Positions 19,323 to 28,718 of a DNA stretch of 64,000 bases are shown piece by piece. The position numbers and the translations under genes were made by a program. Under the pieces are notes generated by a model. It worked only from the letters and a program-made list of their open reading frames with translations, ran no database searches and was not told where the DNA came from. Source of the DNA: Bacteroidales bacterium (GTDB lineage Bacteria > Bacteroidota > Bacteroidia > Bacteroidales > VadinHA17); NCBI GenBank assembly GCA_036743455.1, contig DAINPM010000001.1, positions 30,044 to 94,043 on the forward strand, in the 5' to 3' direction. Numbering within the stretch: position 1 is the first letter of the stretch; every line of letters begins with the position of its first letter.

Positions 19323-20840
19323 TCAAATAAAAGGGGGCTCATCATGGATATCGGTATCGTTACCGAAATCTCCACCCATATTTATTTTATCATGGTTCAT
19401 TTTCGATCCGAGAGTAATACTCTGGCCGGGGACAGAATCTGTTATTGCATCAATATCGAACTCATCTAAATCCACAAACTGTGCTCTCTCTTCCCTGAAT
19501 TTCAGTCTTACATCATCCACAGGGCCATTTCTGTTCTTGGCAAGTATTATTTCAGCTATTCCCTTTGTTGACGATCCGTCTTCAAAAGTAATAATCCCGA
19601 ATTTTTCCTGTCGGTGTATAAAAACGACCATATCGGCATCCTGTTCAATAGCGCCTGATTCGCGCAGATCAGAAAGCAGTGGCCTTTTCGTACCTCCTCT
19701 CATCTCCACTGATCTGTTCAACTGGGACAGGGCAATTATCGGAACATTAAGTTCCTTCGCAATACTTTTCAATGAACGAGAAATATTGCTTACTTCCTGT
19801 TCCCTGCTTCCTGCATTATCAGGCCCCGACATAAGCTGAAGGTAATCAATTATAACAATGTCGAGCTTGTGTTGTGCCATAAGACGGCGGCACTTTGCCC
19901 TTAACTCAAAGATAGAGATGGCCGGAGTATCGTCAATATATATATCAGCCTGTACCAGTTTTTTTATTCTGGTATCAAGTTGTTTCCACTCTTCTTCCGA
20001 AAGCCTTCCGTTTCTTATCTTTTCGCCAGATATATCTGTCTCTGCAATTATCAGACGGTTTACAAGCTGTATGGATGACATTTCACAGGAGAAAAGCACT
20101 ACTTTCTTTCCATGATCCACTGCCATATTTCTTGCCATAGACAGAGCCAGGGCTGTTTTTCCCATAGAAGGTCTGGCGGCAATGATTATAAGTTCAGATT
20201 TTTGCCATCCTGAAGTGAGTCTGTCAAGTTTTGTAAATCCTGAAGGTATTCCTACCAGTGCATCTTCTCTCTTACCAGCCTCTTCAATTTCCCTTATTGC
20301 TTCCTTTATAACCATATTAATGGGAGACACCTCCCTTTTAATATTACCTTCAGCTATCTGGAAGAGTTCATTTTCTGAATAATCAAGAAGATCCGTTACA
20401 TCATAGGAATCATCAAACGAACGTGCCTGTATTTCCGTAGATACTCTGATCAGTTCACGCTGTATATATTTCTGTGCTACTATCCTGGCATGATATTCAA
20501 CATTCGCAGCTGAAACAACCTTTGAAGTAAGCTGCGTCAGATATAAAGGCCCCCCCACGCTTTCAAGCTCGTTGTGTGACCGTAGCTCATCCGTTACAGT
20601 ATAAAGGTCAACCGGATATTCACGTGCCGAAAGATCCAGAACAGCCTTGAATATTTTCCTGTGAGCATCCTTATAAAAACTCTCCGGCTTTAAAATATCA
20701 ATTATAGCTATAGCAGCCTCCTTTTCAAGCATTATAGCTCCCAAAACTGCCTCTTCCATATCGATAGCCTGTGGAGGTACCCGCCCGATGTCAGGTAATG
20801 CCACTACTGCCGGTCTGCCCGGTTTTAACTGCTTTGCCAT
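19323..20840 (-). CDS. dnaB: Replicative DNA helicase DnaB
   Basis: N-terminal PPQAIDMEEAVLGAIML, Walker A ARPSMGKTALAL, DYLQLM, SQLNR. Carries a 47-aa C-terminal tail (see findings). Confidence 0.95.
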   Translation of the reverse strand: MAKQLKPGRPAVVALPDIGRVPPQAIDMEEAVLGAIMLEKEAAIAIIDILKPESFYKDAHRKIFKAVLDLSAREYPVDLYTVTDELRSHNELESVGGPLYLTQLTSKVVSAANVEYHARIVAQKYIQRELIRVSTEIQARSFDDSYDVTDLLDYSENELFQIAEGNIKREVSPINMVIKEAIREIEEAGKREDALVGIPSGFTKLDRLTSGWQKSELIIIAARPSMGKTALALSMARNMAVDHGKKVVLFSCEMSSIQLVNRLIIAETDISGEKIRNGRLSEEEWKQLDTRIKKLVQADIYIDDTPAISIFELRAKCRRLMAQHKLDIVIIDYLQLMSGPDNAGSREQEVSNISRSLKSIAKELNVPIIALSQLNRSVEMRGGTKRPLLSDLRESGAIEQDADMVVFIHRQEKFGIITFEDGSSTKGIAEIILAKNRNGPVDDVRLKFREERAQFVDLDEFDIDAITDSVPGQSITLGSKMNHDKINMGGDFGNDTDIHDEPPFI

Positions 20841-20902
20841 TAATTTATGACGCTGATTTACTGATGGTTAATAATGTCGCTAAAGCTTTTTACGACTGCC
20901 TT

Positions 20903-20910
20903 CAAAGGTA
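20903..20910 (-). promoter_or_regulatory. Candidate -7 promoter element for dnaB (TACCTTTG on the minus strand)
   Basis: Plus-strand CAAAGGTA is the reverse complement of TAnnTTTG, about 62 nt upstream of the dnaB ATG at 20840. Confidence 0.4.
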
Positions 20911-21028
20911 TAAATAACCCGGAATACCATACAACAAAATTTTCTCTTTTATTACAAACATAAGCATGTTGAAAACTTGTTGAAAAGCTAAAAACCCAAT
21001 AAAAAACGAATAAATCCAAATCGAATGA

Positions 21029-21036
21029 TAATTTTG
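21029..21036 (+). promoter_or_regulatory. Candidate -7 promoter element for ispE (TAATTTTG)
   Basis: Exact TAnnTTTG match ending 16 nt before ATG 21053, which implies a very short leader. Confidence 0.5.
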
Positions 21037-21052
21037 CATAAAAGTCCGGAAG

Positions 21053-21871
21053 ATGATAACGTTCCCAAAATCAAAAATTAATCTGGGTTTAAGGGTGATC
21101 GGGAAAAGGCCTGACGGATACCATGATATTGAGACTGTATTCTATCCTGTTGATTTCTGTGATGCTCTTGAATTTGTTGAAGTGCAAGACAAATTGAAGG
21201 AAGATACTATTACAGTGACGGGTGACAATCTGAACATCAGGCCAGAGGACAATCTTGTAATAAAAGCTTTCCGGAAACTCCGGGAACATTTTGATCTGCC
21301 ATTCTTTAAGATACACCTGCACAAAGTCATCCCCAATGGTGCCGGACTTGGCGGAGGGTCTTCCGATGCAGCATGTGTTATAAGATCTGTTAACAAGTAT
21401 TTCAACCTTTCCATGGATAACATAATGATGAAAAACCTGGCCAGGGATATTGGAAGCGATTGCCCTTTTTTCATTGACCCTGTCCCTTCTTTGGCCAGAG
21501 GAAGAGGAGAAATACTAAAACATGTAAATTCTGTATTATATGGTTTTCGTATATTGTTGATTAATCCAAAAATAAAAATAAGTACCCGTGAAGCTTATTT
21601 GAACACCCCTCACTCCAAACCTGAAAAAAGTCTGGAAGATATTTACAACCAGAATATCACAGAGTGGAAAAACAATATGGTGAATGATTTTGAGGATTTT
21701 GTTTTCAGGGTACATCCGCAGATAGAGGAATGTAAAAATATTCTATACAAAGCCGGAGCTGTTTACAGTTCAATGTCAGGGAGCGGATCAACGGTTTATG
21801 GAATATTCGAAGGTAAACCTAAAATTTCCGGACACTTAAAAAAATATGTGGTATACGAAGGGTTACTGTAA
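21053..21871 (+). CDS. ispE: 4-diphosphocytidyl-2-C-methyl-D-erythritol kinase
   Basis: KINLGLRV start. GHMP kinase motif PNGAGLGGGSSDAA. Confidence 0.9.
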   Translation: MITFPKSKINLGLRVIGKRPDGYHDIETVFYPVDFCDALEFVEVQDKLKEDTITVTGDNLNIRPEDNLVIKAFRKLREHFDLPFFKIHLHKVIPNGAGLGGGSSDAACVIRSVNKYFNLSMDNIMMKNLARDIGSDCPFFIDPVPSLARGRGEILKHVNSVLYGFRILLINPKIKISTREAYLNTPHSKPEKSLEDIYNQNITEWKNNMVNDFEDFVFRVHPQIEECKNILYKAGAVYSSMSGSGSTVYGIFEGKPKISGHLKKYVVYEGLL

Positions 21872-21900
21872 GTGTCAAGGTCTTTAAAATGTGTGCACCA

Positions 21901-22236
21901 TCATATCTGGTTGAGTTCGAGAAGTGTGTTGCCTTTGGCAATTTTGTCATTCTTTTTCACATATATTTTTTTAACTGTTCCTTCCCTCGCTGATTTGATA
22001 TGATTCTTCATTTTCATAGCTTCAACTATTATGAGAGTATCTCCTTTTTTCACATCCTGGCCTTCTCTCACTACAACATCCAGAACAGTGCCGGGGATAA
22101 AACTTGACACGATTGAATGATCGGGAGTTTTATAAGGTTTTTTTTCCTTAAACTTTTTACTCAGGCGTGTTTTGTAAAGGGTGGAGTCAATATTCAGTAC
22201 CTCCAGTTCTTTTTCATCTTTTTCTAATGACTTCAT
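21901..22236 (-). CDS. Biotin carboxyl carrier protein (biotin/lipoyl attachment domain)
   Basis: C-terminal biotinyl domain with VEAMKMKN (AMKM biotinyl-lysine motif). Confidence 0.8.
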   Translation of the reverse strand: MKSLEKDEKELEVLNIDSTLYKTRLSKKFKEKKPYKTPDHSIVSSFIPGTVLDVVVREGQDVKKGDTLIIVEAMKMKNHIKSAREGTVKKIYVKKNDKIAKGNTLLELNQI

Positions 22237-22261
22237 AAGTAAAGTCTTATCGGTTTGATCT

Positions 22262-23806
22262 TTAAAAAGGTGGTATTCCGTGCTTTTTTGCCGGCATTTG
22301 TATTGATTTATTTTCTGAGACGGAAAGAGAATGAATTATAGAACGTCTTGTATCAGCCGGGTCTATTACCGCGTCAATATATCCTCGTGAAGCTGCCACA
22401 TAGGGGTTCGCAAATATTTTTTTATATTCTTCCACCTTCTGTTTTCTCATTTTGTCGGGATCGTCCGATGACATTATTTCTTTTCTAAAGATGATGTTTG
22501 CTGCACCTTCAGGTCCCATAACAGCTATCTCAGCGACAGGCCAGGCAAATACAAAATCGGATCTCAGGTGACGGGAGCCCATGGCTATATAACCGCCTCC
22601 GTAAGCTTTTCTGAGAATAACCGTGATTTTAGGGACAGTAGCTTCACTATAGGCATACAGTACTTTGGCCCCATGTCTGATAACTCCGGCATGTTCCTGA
22701 TCAACACCGGGAAGATAACCCGGAACATCGACAAAGGTGACAAGCGGAATATTAAAAGCATCACAGTACCTTATGAATCTTGCAGCCTTGTCGCAGGAAT
22801 CAACATCCAGTACTCCGGCCATTTCAAGTGACTGGTTAGCTACAAAACCGGTAGTCTGTCCATCCATTCTTCCAAATCCTATTACAATACTCTTTGCATA
22901 ATTCTCCATTATTTCGAAAAAAGCAGATTTATCAGTTACCGCTCTTATCACGTTTTTAACATCATAGGGAAATGTGTGGTCATCGGGAACAATATTCTCA
23001 ATATCATACTCACTATCAGGCTCTGCCGGGTCAAAGCGTAGAGCTTTCTTACTATTATTCCAGGGTATGTAAGTGATAAGTTCCTTTACCTGCTCAAAGC
23101 ACTCATCCTCACTTTCTGCAAAAAAATGTGCATTACCGGTTATTTCACTGTGAACCTTAGCTCCGCCAAGGTCTTCCATAGATATTTCTTCCCCAAGAAC
23201 TGTTTTAATTACTTCCGGACCGGTAATAAACATTTTGGAGATCTTATTTACGACAAAAACAAAATCGGTCAGTGCAGGAGAATAAACTGCTCCACCTGCA
23301 CATGGCCCAAGGATAACTGATATCTGAGGTATCACTCCGCTTGACAGAGTGTTGCGAAAGAATATTTCTCCATAGCCGGCAAGAGAGTTAACTCCTTCCT
23401 GTATACGGGCGCCACCAGAGTCATTGATGCCTATAAGAGGCATTCTCATCTTAAGGGCATGATCCATTATTTTTGTGATCTTTCTGGAATGCATAAGTCC
23501 AAGCGATCCTCCTGCCACAGTGAAATCCTGGGCATAAATTGCAACCGGCGCACCAAATATTTTACCTGTTCCAATGATAACTCCATCACTGGGCAGTGTC
23601 TTTTTTTCCATATCGAAATCACGGGCTTCGTGCTCAGCAAACAAATCGTATTCATAAAAAGATTTATCGTCCAGCAATGCAATAATTCTTTCCCTGGCTG
23701 TTCTTTTCCCGAGAGCTTTCTGCTTTTCAATGGCCTGCTCTCCTCCTCCGAGAAGAAGCTTTTTGCGTCGCTCATGCAATTCTTTTATCTTACTTTTAAG
23801 AACCAT
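22262..23806 (-). CDS. Acyl-CoA carboxyltransferase subunit (methylmalonyl-CoA decarboxylase alpha / propionyl-CoA carboxylase beta family)
   Basis: 514 aa. Family-typical stretches GGGEQAIEKQKALGKRTARERI, DFTVAGGSLG, INDSGGARIQEG and a second carboxyltransferase repeat. 25 nt upstream of the BCCP gene. Confidence 0.9.
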   Translation of the reverse strand: MVLKSKIKELHERRKKLLLGGGEQAIEKQKALGKRTARERIIALLDDKSFYEYDLFAEHEARDFDMEKKTLPSDGVIIGTGKIFGAPVAIYAQDFTVAGGSLGLMHSRKITKIMDHALKMRMPLIGINDSGGARIQEGVNSLAGYGEIFFRNTLSSGVIPQISVILGPCAGGAVYSPALTDFVFVVNKISKMFITGPEVIKTVLGEEISMEDLGGAKVHSEITGNAHFFAESEDECFEQVKELITYIPWNNSKKALRFDPAEPDSEYDIENIVPDDHTFPYDVKNVIRAVTDKSAFFEIMENYAKSIVIGFGRMDGQTTGFVANQSLEMAGVLDVDSCDKAARFIRYCDAFNIPLVTFVDVPGYLPGVDQEHAGVIRHGAKVLYAYSEATVPKITVILRKAYGGGYIAMGSRHLRSDFVFAWPVAEIAVMGPEGAANIIFRKEIMSSDDPDKMRKQKVEEYKKIFANPYVAASRGYIDAVIDPADTRRSIIHSLSVSENKSIQMPAKKHGIPPF

Positions 23807-23874
23807 ATACTTGTTATAATAGTTGAATCTTCTGTTAAATGATACAATTTAAGCAAAAATACTATTCAGATATA

Positions 23875-25011
23875 TTATTTCGGGGCTAAGCGGTAGAGAA
23901 CAAGAGCTATCATAAGATACAAAAGATTAGGTATCCACATACCGAGTAAAGGACTGAGTCCTCCTTTTAATGAGAACTGGGATGAAAACTGCTGGAAAAA
24001 AATATATGAAAAACTTAATGCCAGCCCAATACCTACATTCATTCCTATTCCTCCCCGTATCTTTTTCGAGGAAAGGGAAACGCCTATAAGAGTTAGAATG
24101 AAGACGGAGAAAGGATTGGCATAACGTCTGTGTTTTTCTATGAGAAACAACTTTAGTTCTTCCGATCCCTGCAACCTGAGCAGCTCTATATAATCATTCA
24201 GCTCTTTATAAGTCATAGTACCCACTACACTCGGATCGCGGGCAAAATCCCTTGGCTCAACAGTAAGAGCCGTATCGATCTTTGTGCCCCTTGTGAGTAT
24301 TTCACCTTTGTCATTAATATCTTTTATGACATAATTCAGAGCTGTCCACTTATGAGTAACAGTATCCCAGGTAACTGTCGGAGAAGATAATTTGGAAATC
24401 AGCTTTCCGTCATTATCAAATTTCTCAATTGTGAAATTGCGACCTCTCTGATATACCGGACTAAATGATTCTATATATACATAAACATTTTTTGCTGCCT
24501 GTCTGTGAATATTATCAACACTGGAATGTCTGGCCCTGGACCGGTAATATTTATCCTCAAAATCAAGTCTTATCAGATTTGAATGTGGAATAATGAAGTT
24601 AGTGAGATAAAAAATCAGTACTGCAATAACCAAAGAAGCAAGAAAATACGGCCACATCATTCTCCTGAAGCTCATTCCACTGTTAAGGATGGCGATTATT
24701 TCAGTATTAACAGCCATCCTTGAGGTAAAAAATATAACAGCAATGAAAACGAAGAGAGGGGAATAAAGAGTAGCAAAATAAGGTATGTAGTTTGGATAAT
24801 AGTCAAATACTATAGCCTGCCACGGGGCTGCTTTCTCCATGAAATTATCGACTTTTTCTGTAAAATCAAAAACGACGGCAACAGTCATTATCAGTACCAG
24901 ACTGAAAAAGAAGGTTCCCAGAAACTTTTTGATTATGTATACATCGACAATCTTTGGCTTAAGAGATCTCAAAGTCTCTCCGAAAGCTTTTTTACTTTTG
25001 CCTCTTTCCAT
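23875..25011 (-). CDS. LptF/LptG (YjgP/YjgQ) family permease
   Basis: VDVYIIKKFLGTFFFSL N-terminus, three TM helices, a central soluble domain, then three more TM helices. ATG 25011 overlaps tgt by 43 nt. An alternative TTG start at 24972 would give a TTGA start/stop overlap with tgt. Confidence 0.8.
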   Translation of the reverse strand: MERGKSKKAFGETLRSLKPKIVDVYIIKKFLGTFFFSLVLIMTVAVVFDFTEKVDNFMEKAAPWQAIVFDYYPNYIPYFATLYSPLFVFIAVIFFTSRMAVNTEIIAILNSGMSFRRMMWPYFLASLVIAVLIFYLTNFIIPHSNLIRLDFEDKYYRSRARHSSVDNIHRQAAKNVYVYIESFSPVYQRGRNFTIEKFDNDGKLISKLSSPTVTWDTVTHKWTALNYVIKDINDKGEILTRGTKIDTALTVEPRDFARDPSVVGTMTYKELNDYIELLRLQGSEELKLFLIEKHRRYANPFSVFILTLIGVSLSSKKIRGGIGMNVGIGLALSFSYIFFQQFSSQFSLKGGLSPLLGMWIPNLLYLMIALVLYRLAPK

Positions 25012-26096
25012 TTCCTGAATTTTCCTTCTTCTATCATTTCTCTGGCCTGACTAACCAGTTTAAGATAAAACGCCAGATTATGCAAACTGGATATCTGCGA
25101 CCCCAAAATTTCTCCTGAAATAATAAGGTGCCTAAGGTATGCCTTTGAATATCTGATACTTACCTCAGACGGCCCCTCCGGATCTATGGGACTGAAATCA
25201 TCAATCCACTTTCTGTTCTTGATATTTATTACTCCCTGAGATGTAAAAAGCATCCCATTGCGACCATTTCGTGTAGGCATAACACAATCAAACATATCAA
25301 TACCTCTGTCAATAGCCTCCAGAATATTAACCGGAGTACCTACTCCCATAAGATATCTTGGTTTATCTTCGGGAAGAATTTCATTTACAACCTCAACAGT
25401 ACGGTACATTTCTTCAGCAGGTTCTCCTACTGATAATCCGCCAATAGCATAGCCAGCCATATCTGTTTCTGCAATACGTTGGGCAGATTCTCTCCTGAGA
25501 TCATCGAATGTTGACCCCTGAACAATAGGGAAAAGGTATTGCTCTCTATCCCATAAAGGGTCGGTAACGATAAACCTGTCGATAGCTCTTTTAAGCCATT
25601 GATGAGTAAGAGCCAGTGATTTTTTCGCATAACTGTAATCACACGGGAAAGGTGTGCATTCATCAAGAACCATCATGATATCTGCCCCGATAATTCTTTG
25701 TATATCAACAGTATTTTCTGGAGTAAAAATGTGTTTTGATCCGTCTATATGAGACTTAAAAACAACACCTTCACCACTTAGCTTCCGGTTCCCGGATAAA
25801 GAGAATACCTGGTATCCTCCACTGTCTGTCAGTAAAGGCCGTTCCCACGACATGAACCTGTGCAGGCCCCCTGCCTTCTTCAGTATATCTGTACCTGGTC
25901 GCAGGTACAGATGGTAAGTATTACCAAGAATAATTTTTGCATCAATATCACCATAAAGATCTCTTTGCAAAATACCTTTTACCGTCCCGGCTGTTCCCAC
26001 AGGCATGAAAATAGGCGTGGGTATATCTCCGTGTGGCGTTCTGAAAACACCTTTCCTCGCCCTCGTCTCTTTATCTCTGCATTGTATTTCAAACAT
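24969..26096 (-). CDS. tgt: tRNA-guanine transglycosylase (queuine tRNA-ribosyltransferase)
   Basis: Aligns along its length to my recollection of E. coli Tgt (LTDSGGYQ, LDECTP, GGLSVGEP, DMFDCVMPTRNGRNG). ATG 26096 (MFEIQC...) is preferred over track start 26123 because a promoter motif lies at 26121-26128. The zinc-site cysteines are absent (see findings). Confidence 0.92.
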   Translation of the reverse strand: MFEIQCRDKETRARKGVFRTPHGDIPTPIFMPVGTAGTVKGILQRDLYGDIDAKIILGNTYHLYLRPGTDILKKAGGLHRFMSWERPLLTDSGGYQVFSLSGNRKLSGEGVVFKSHIDGSKHIFTPENTVDIQRIIGADIMMVLDECTPFPCDYSYAKKSLALTHQWLKRAIDRFIVTDPLWDREQYLFPIVQGSTFDDLRRESAQRIAETDMAGYAIGGLSVGEPAEEMYRTVEVVNEILPEDKPRYLMGVGTPVNILEAIDRGIDMFDCVMPTRNGRNGMLFTSQGVINIKNRKWIDDFSPIDPEGPSEVSIRYSKAYLRHLIISGEILGSQISSLHNLAFYLKLVSQAREMIEEGKFRKWKEAKVKKLSERL

Positions 26097-26120
26097 AGTC
26101 CTATGGTTATAGAGGCAGCA

Positions 26121-26128
26121 CAAATGTA
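26121..26128 (-). promoter_or_regulatory. Candidate -7 promoter element for tgt (TACATTTG on the minus strand)
   Basis: Plus-strand CAAATGTA, 24 nt upstream of ATG 26096. Confidence 0.45.
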
Positions 26129-26235
26129 TAATATCTGACGGGCCTGAAGAAATTCTAAAACTCTTTTTTGTTGAAAACTATCTTTTATGGTTACAATTAT
26201 CTTAATTAATATTGAACTGTTTTTAAAGTCTAAAG

Positions 26236-27366
26236 ATGCTACCGGACAATACATTTCTGGTTATATTAGTTATATTATTCATTTTCACCACATTTACACA
26301 ACTGGTATATTACCTGCTGTTCTATCTGGCTGTACCGGCATACAAGCATCCTGATAATGACGAGAAAGGTATATCTGTTTCTGTTATAATTTGTGCAAGA
26401 AATGAAGCTGAGAATCTTAAAAAATTCCTTCCTTCAGTTCTTGAACAGAAATACCCCGATTATGAAGTGATAGTGGTTAACGATTGTTCAGAAGATAATT
26501 CTGATGAGATACTTGGAGTGTATAAAAACCGATATCCTCATCTAAAGATATCATCAGTTAACAAAGACCCCCGTTTTACGCATAATAAAAAGTTCGCTCA
26601 GTTCATTGGTATAAAAGCAGCCCGTAATGATATATTGCTTTTTACCGATGCTGATTGTCATCCTGTATCGGATAAATGGATACAAACAATAACTTCTCAC
26701 TTTGATGAATCGACTGAGTTGGTACTGGGCTACGGAGGCTACAGCAAAAGAAGGGGACTGTTGAACAAATATATCCGCTACGACACTTTTGCCATTGCAC
26801 TTCAATATCTTGGAATGGCTGTAAGAGGCATACCATATATGGGTGTTGGGAGAAACCTGGCTTATAAAAGATCTCTGTTCTTTAGAAAAAAAGGGTTTGG
26901 AAAATTCAATCATATAATGTCGGGAGACGATGACCTGTTTGTTAATACCAATTCACAGAGGTCTAATACAAAAGTTGAATTTCGTCCGGAAAGCCATGTT
27001 CTGTCTGCCCCTCCTCCTTCATTAAAATCATGGTTCAATCAAAAGAAGAGACATTTATCAACAGCTCCGTACTACAAAGCAAGAGATAAAATACTCCTTA
27101 TTACTGAGCCTGTATCAAGATTCCTTTTCTATATATCATTTATTCTTCTTCTGGTACTGAACAATAATATCTGGCAATATGTTCTTATTATTTTTGGATT
27201 GAGATTAATGGTACAGGTAATTATATTTTCACTTGGACAAAGAAAGCTTAATGAGTCCGGCATCTTATTATTTTCTGTAATTTTTGATATATTTTCGCCG
27301 GTAATAAACGGAGTCATTCACACATGCAATACATTTACAAGGAGAGGTAAACACAAATGGAAATAA
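26236..27366 (+). CDS. Family 2 glycosyltransferase, membrane-anchored
   Basis: N-terminal TM helix. GT-A core VSVIICARNE...VVNDCSED...FTDADC. Several C-terminal TM helices. Confidence 0.8.
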   Translation: MLPDNTFLVILVILFIFTTFTQLVYYLLFYLAVPAYKHPDNDEKGISVSVIICARNEAENLKKFLPSVLEQKYPDYEVIVVNDCSEDNSDEILGVYKNRYPHLKISSVNKDPRFTHNKKFAQFIGIKAARNDILLFTDADCHPVSDKWIQTITSHFDESTELVLGYGGYSKRRGLLNKYIRYDTFAIALQYLGMAVRGIPYMGVGRNLAYKRSLFFRKKGFGKFNHIMSGDDDLFVNTNSQRSNTKVEFRPESHVLSAPPPSLKSWFNQKKRHLSTAPYYKARDKILLITEPVSRFLFYISFILLLVLNNNIWQYVLIIFGLRLMVQVIIFSLGQRKLNESGILLFSVIFDIFSPVINGVIHTCNTFTRRGKHKWK

Positions 27367-27953
27367 ACCAGGGACTTTCAGAAAAAGCGAAGGCTGACCT
27401 GTTGCTGGTTGCTGAAGCAAAAAAAGGAAATGAGAGAGCCTATGCCAGTCTGATGCATAAATACAGAGATTCAATATATTTCATGCTTCTTAAAATGGTA
27501 AATAACCCTGCCGATGCTGAGGATCTTACCATTGAGGCATTCGGGAAAGCCTTTCGCAGCATAGAATCATACACCCCACGTTTTGCATTCAGTACCTGGC
27601 TTTTTATGATTGCCACCAATAATTGTATTGACTTTATACGAAAAAAACATTCTTCACCTAACACCATCGATCATGGACATGATGGGCTGGACACTCTTAC
27701 CGTAAATATACAATCTGATATTCCCGATCCCGAAGAGACACTGATAAATGACCAGAAAATAGCCACTCTCAGAAAGATAGTCAATCAGCTTAAATCACCA
27801 TACCGTGAAATTATTGAACTCAGATACTACAAGGAATTTTCATACGAGGAAATAGCTGCCGAACTAAAGATACCCATCGGAACTGTCAAGGCACAACTCT
27901 ACCGTGCAAAAACCTTACTGTACAATATTTTTGTTAAAACAGGTGATAAATAA
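27357..27953 (+). CDS. Sigma-70 family (ECF-type) RNA polymerase sigma factor
   Basis: Region 2 (DAEDLTIEAFGKAF...FSTWLFMIATNNCIDFIRKK) and region 4 HTH (FSYEEIAAELKIPIGTVKAQLYRAK). Overlaps the GT2 gene by 10 nt. Confidence 0.85.
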   Translation: MEINQGLSEKAKADLLLVAEAKKGNERAYASLMHKYRDSIYFMLLKMVNNPADAEDLTIEAFGKAFRSIESYTPRFAFSTWLFMIATNNCIDFIRKKHSSPNTIDHGHDGLDTLTVNIQSDIPDPEETLINDQKIATLRKIVNQLKSPYREIIELRYYKEFSYEEIAAELKIPIGTVKAQLYRAKTLLYNIFVKTGDK

Positions 27954-28585
27954 TGTTGGACACTATCTTCAGATATTTTCCCTCTTTATCCTCAGTTCAG
28001 AAAGAAAAATTATCTCAGCTAAAACCTCTTTACGAAGAATGGAACAACAAGATAAATGTTATATCCCGCAAGGATATTGATAATTTTTACCTTCATCATG
28101 TACTACACTCTCTTTCAATAGCAAAAGTTATTTCTTTCAGACCCGGAACAAGAATACTTGATGTAGGAACCGGCGGAGGTTTCCCGGGTATCCCCCTTTC
28201 CATATTTTTCCCTGAATCTTCATTTTCATTACTGGATTCCATAGGAAAAAAAATTAAAGTGGTGAATAATGTAGCAAAAGCACTTAATCTTGAAAATATT
28301 TTAACCCTAAATAAACGTGTAGAAGATGAAACAGAAAAATATGATTTCATCGTCAGCAGAGCTGTTACAGACTATCAGAAATTTCTGAAAATGACTTTGA
28401 AAAATATTTCTGAGGATTGCCACAATGAGCTATTCAATGGTATATTTTATCTTAAGGGAGATGATCCCTTCAATAATGACAGCATTATTAAAACAGACAG
28501 AATAAGAGTGTGGAATGTATCTGATTTCTTCTTTGAATCATTTTTTGAAACAAAAAAAATATTCTACTATCGTGGAACAAAATAA
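27953..28585 (+). CDS. rsmG: 16S rRNA (guanine527-N7)-methyltransferase RsmG (GidB)
   Basis: SAM motif ILDVGTGGGFPGIPL, RAV...; family-typical length. Start overlaps the sigma-factor stop by 1 nt (TAATG). Confidence 0.9.
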   Translation: MLDTIFRYFPSLSSVQKEKLSQLKPLYEEWNNKINVISRKDIDNFYLHHVLHSLSIAKVISFRPGTRILDVGTGGGFPGIPLSIFFPESSFSLLDSIGKKIKVVNNVAKALNLENILTLNKRVEDETEKYDFIVSRAVTDYQKFLKMTLKNISEDCHNELFNGIFYLKGDDPFNNDSIIKTDRIRVWNVSDFFFESFFETKKIFYYRGTK

Positions 28586-28666
28586 TTATAGTCAAAACTA
28601 TTATAAAATAAAATAAGCTTATCCCGAATATTTACCTTTGTTTTTTTTAATATTTATAAAAAACAC

Positions 28667-28674
28667 TATCTTTG
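28667..28674 (+). promoter_or_regulatory. Candidate -7 promoter element for rpmH (TATCTTTG)
   Basis: Exact TAnnTTTG match ending 44 nt before ATG 28719. Confidence 0.5.
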
Positions 28675-28718
28675 CAGTCGCAAAATAAAAAGCAGCTAAT
28701 AATTAAAACATTATCCAG

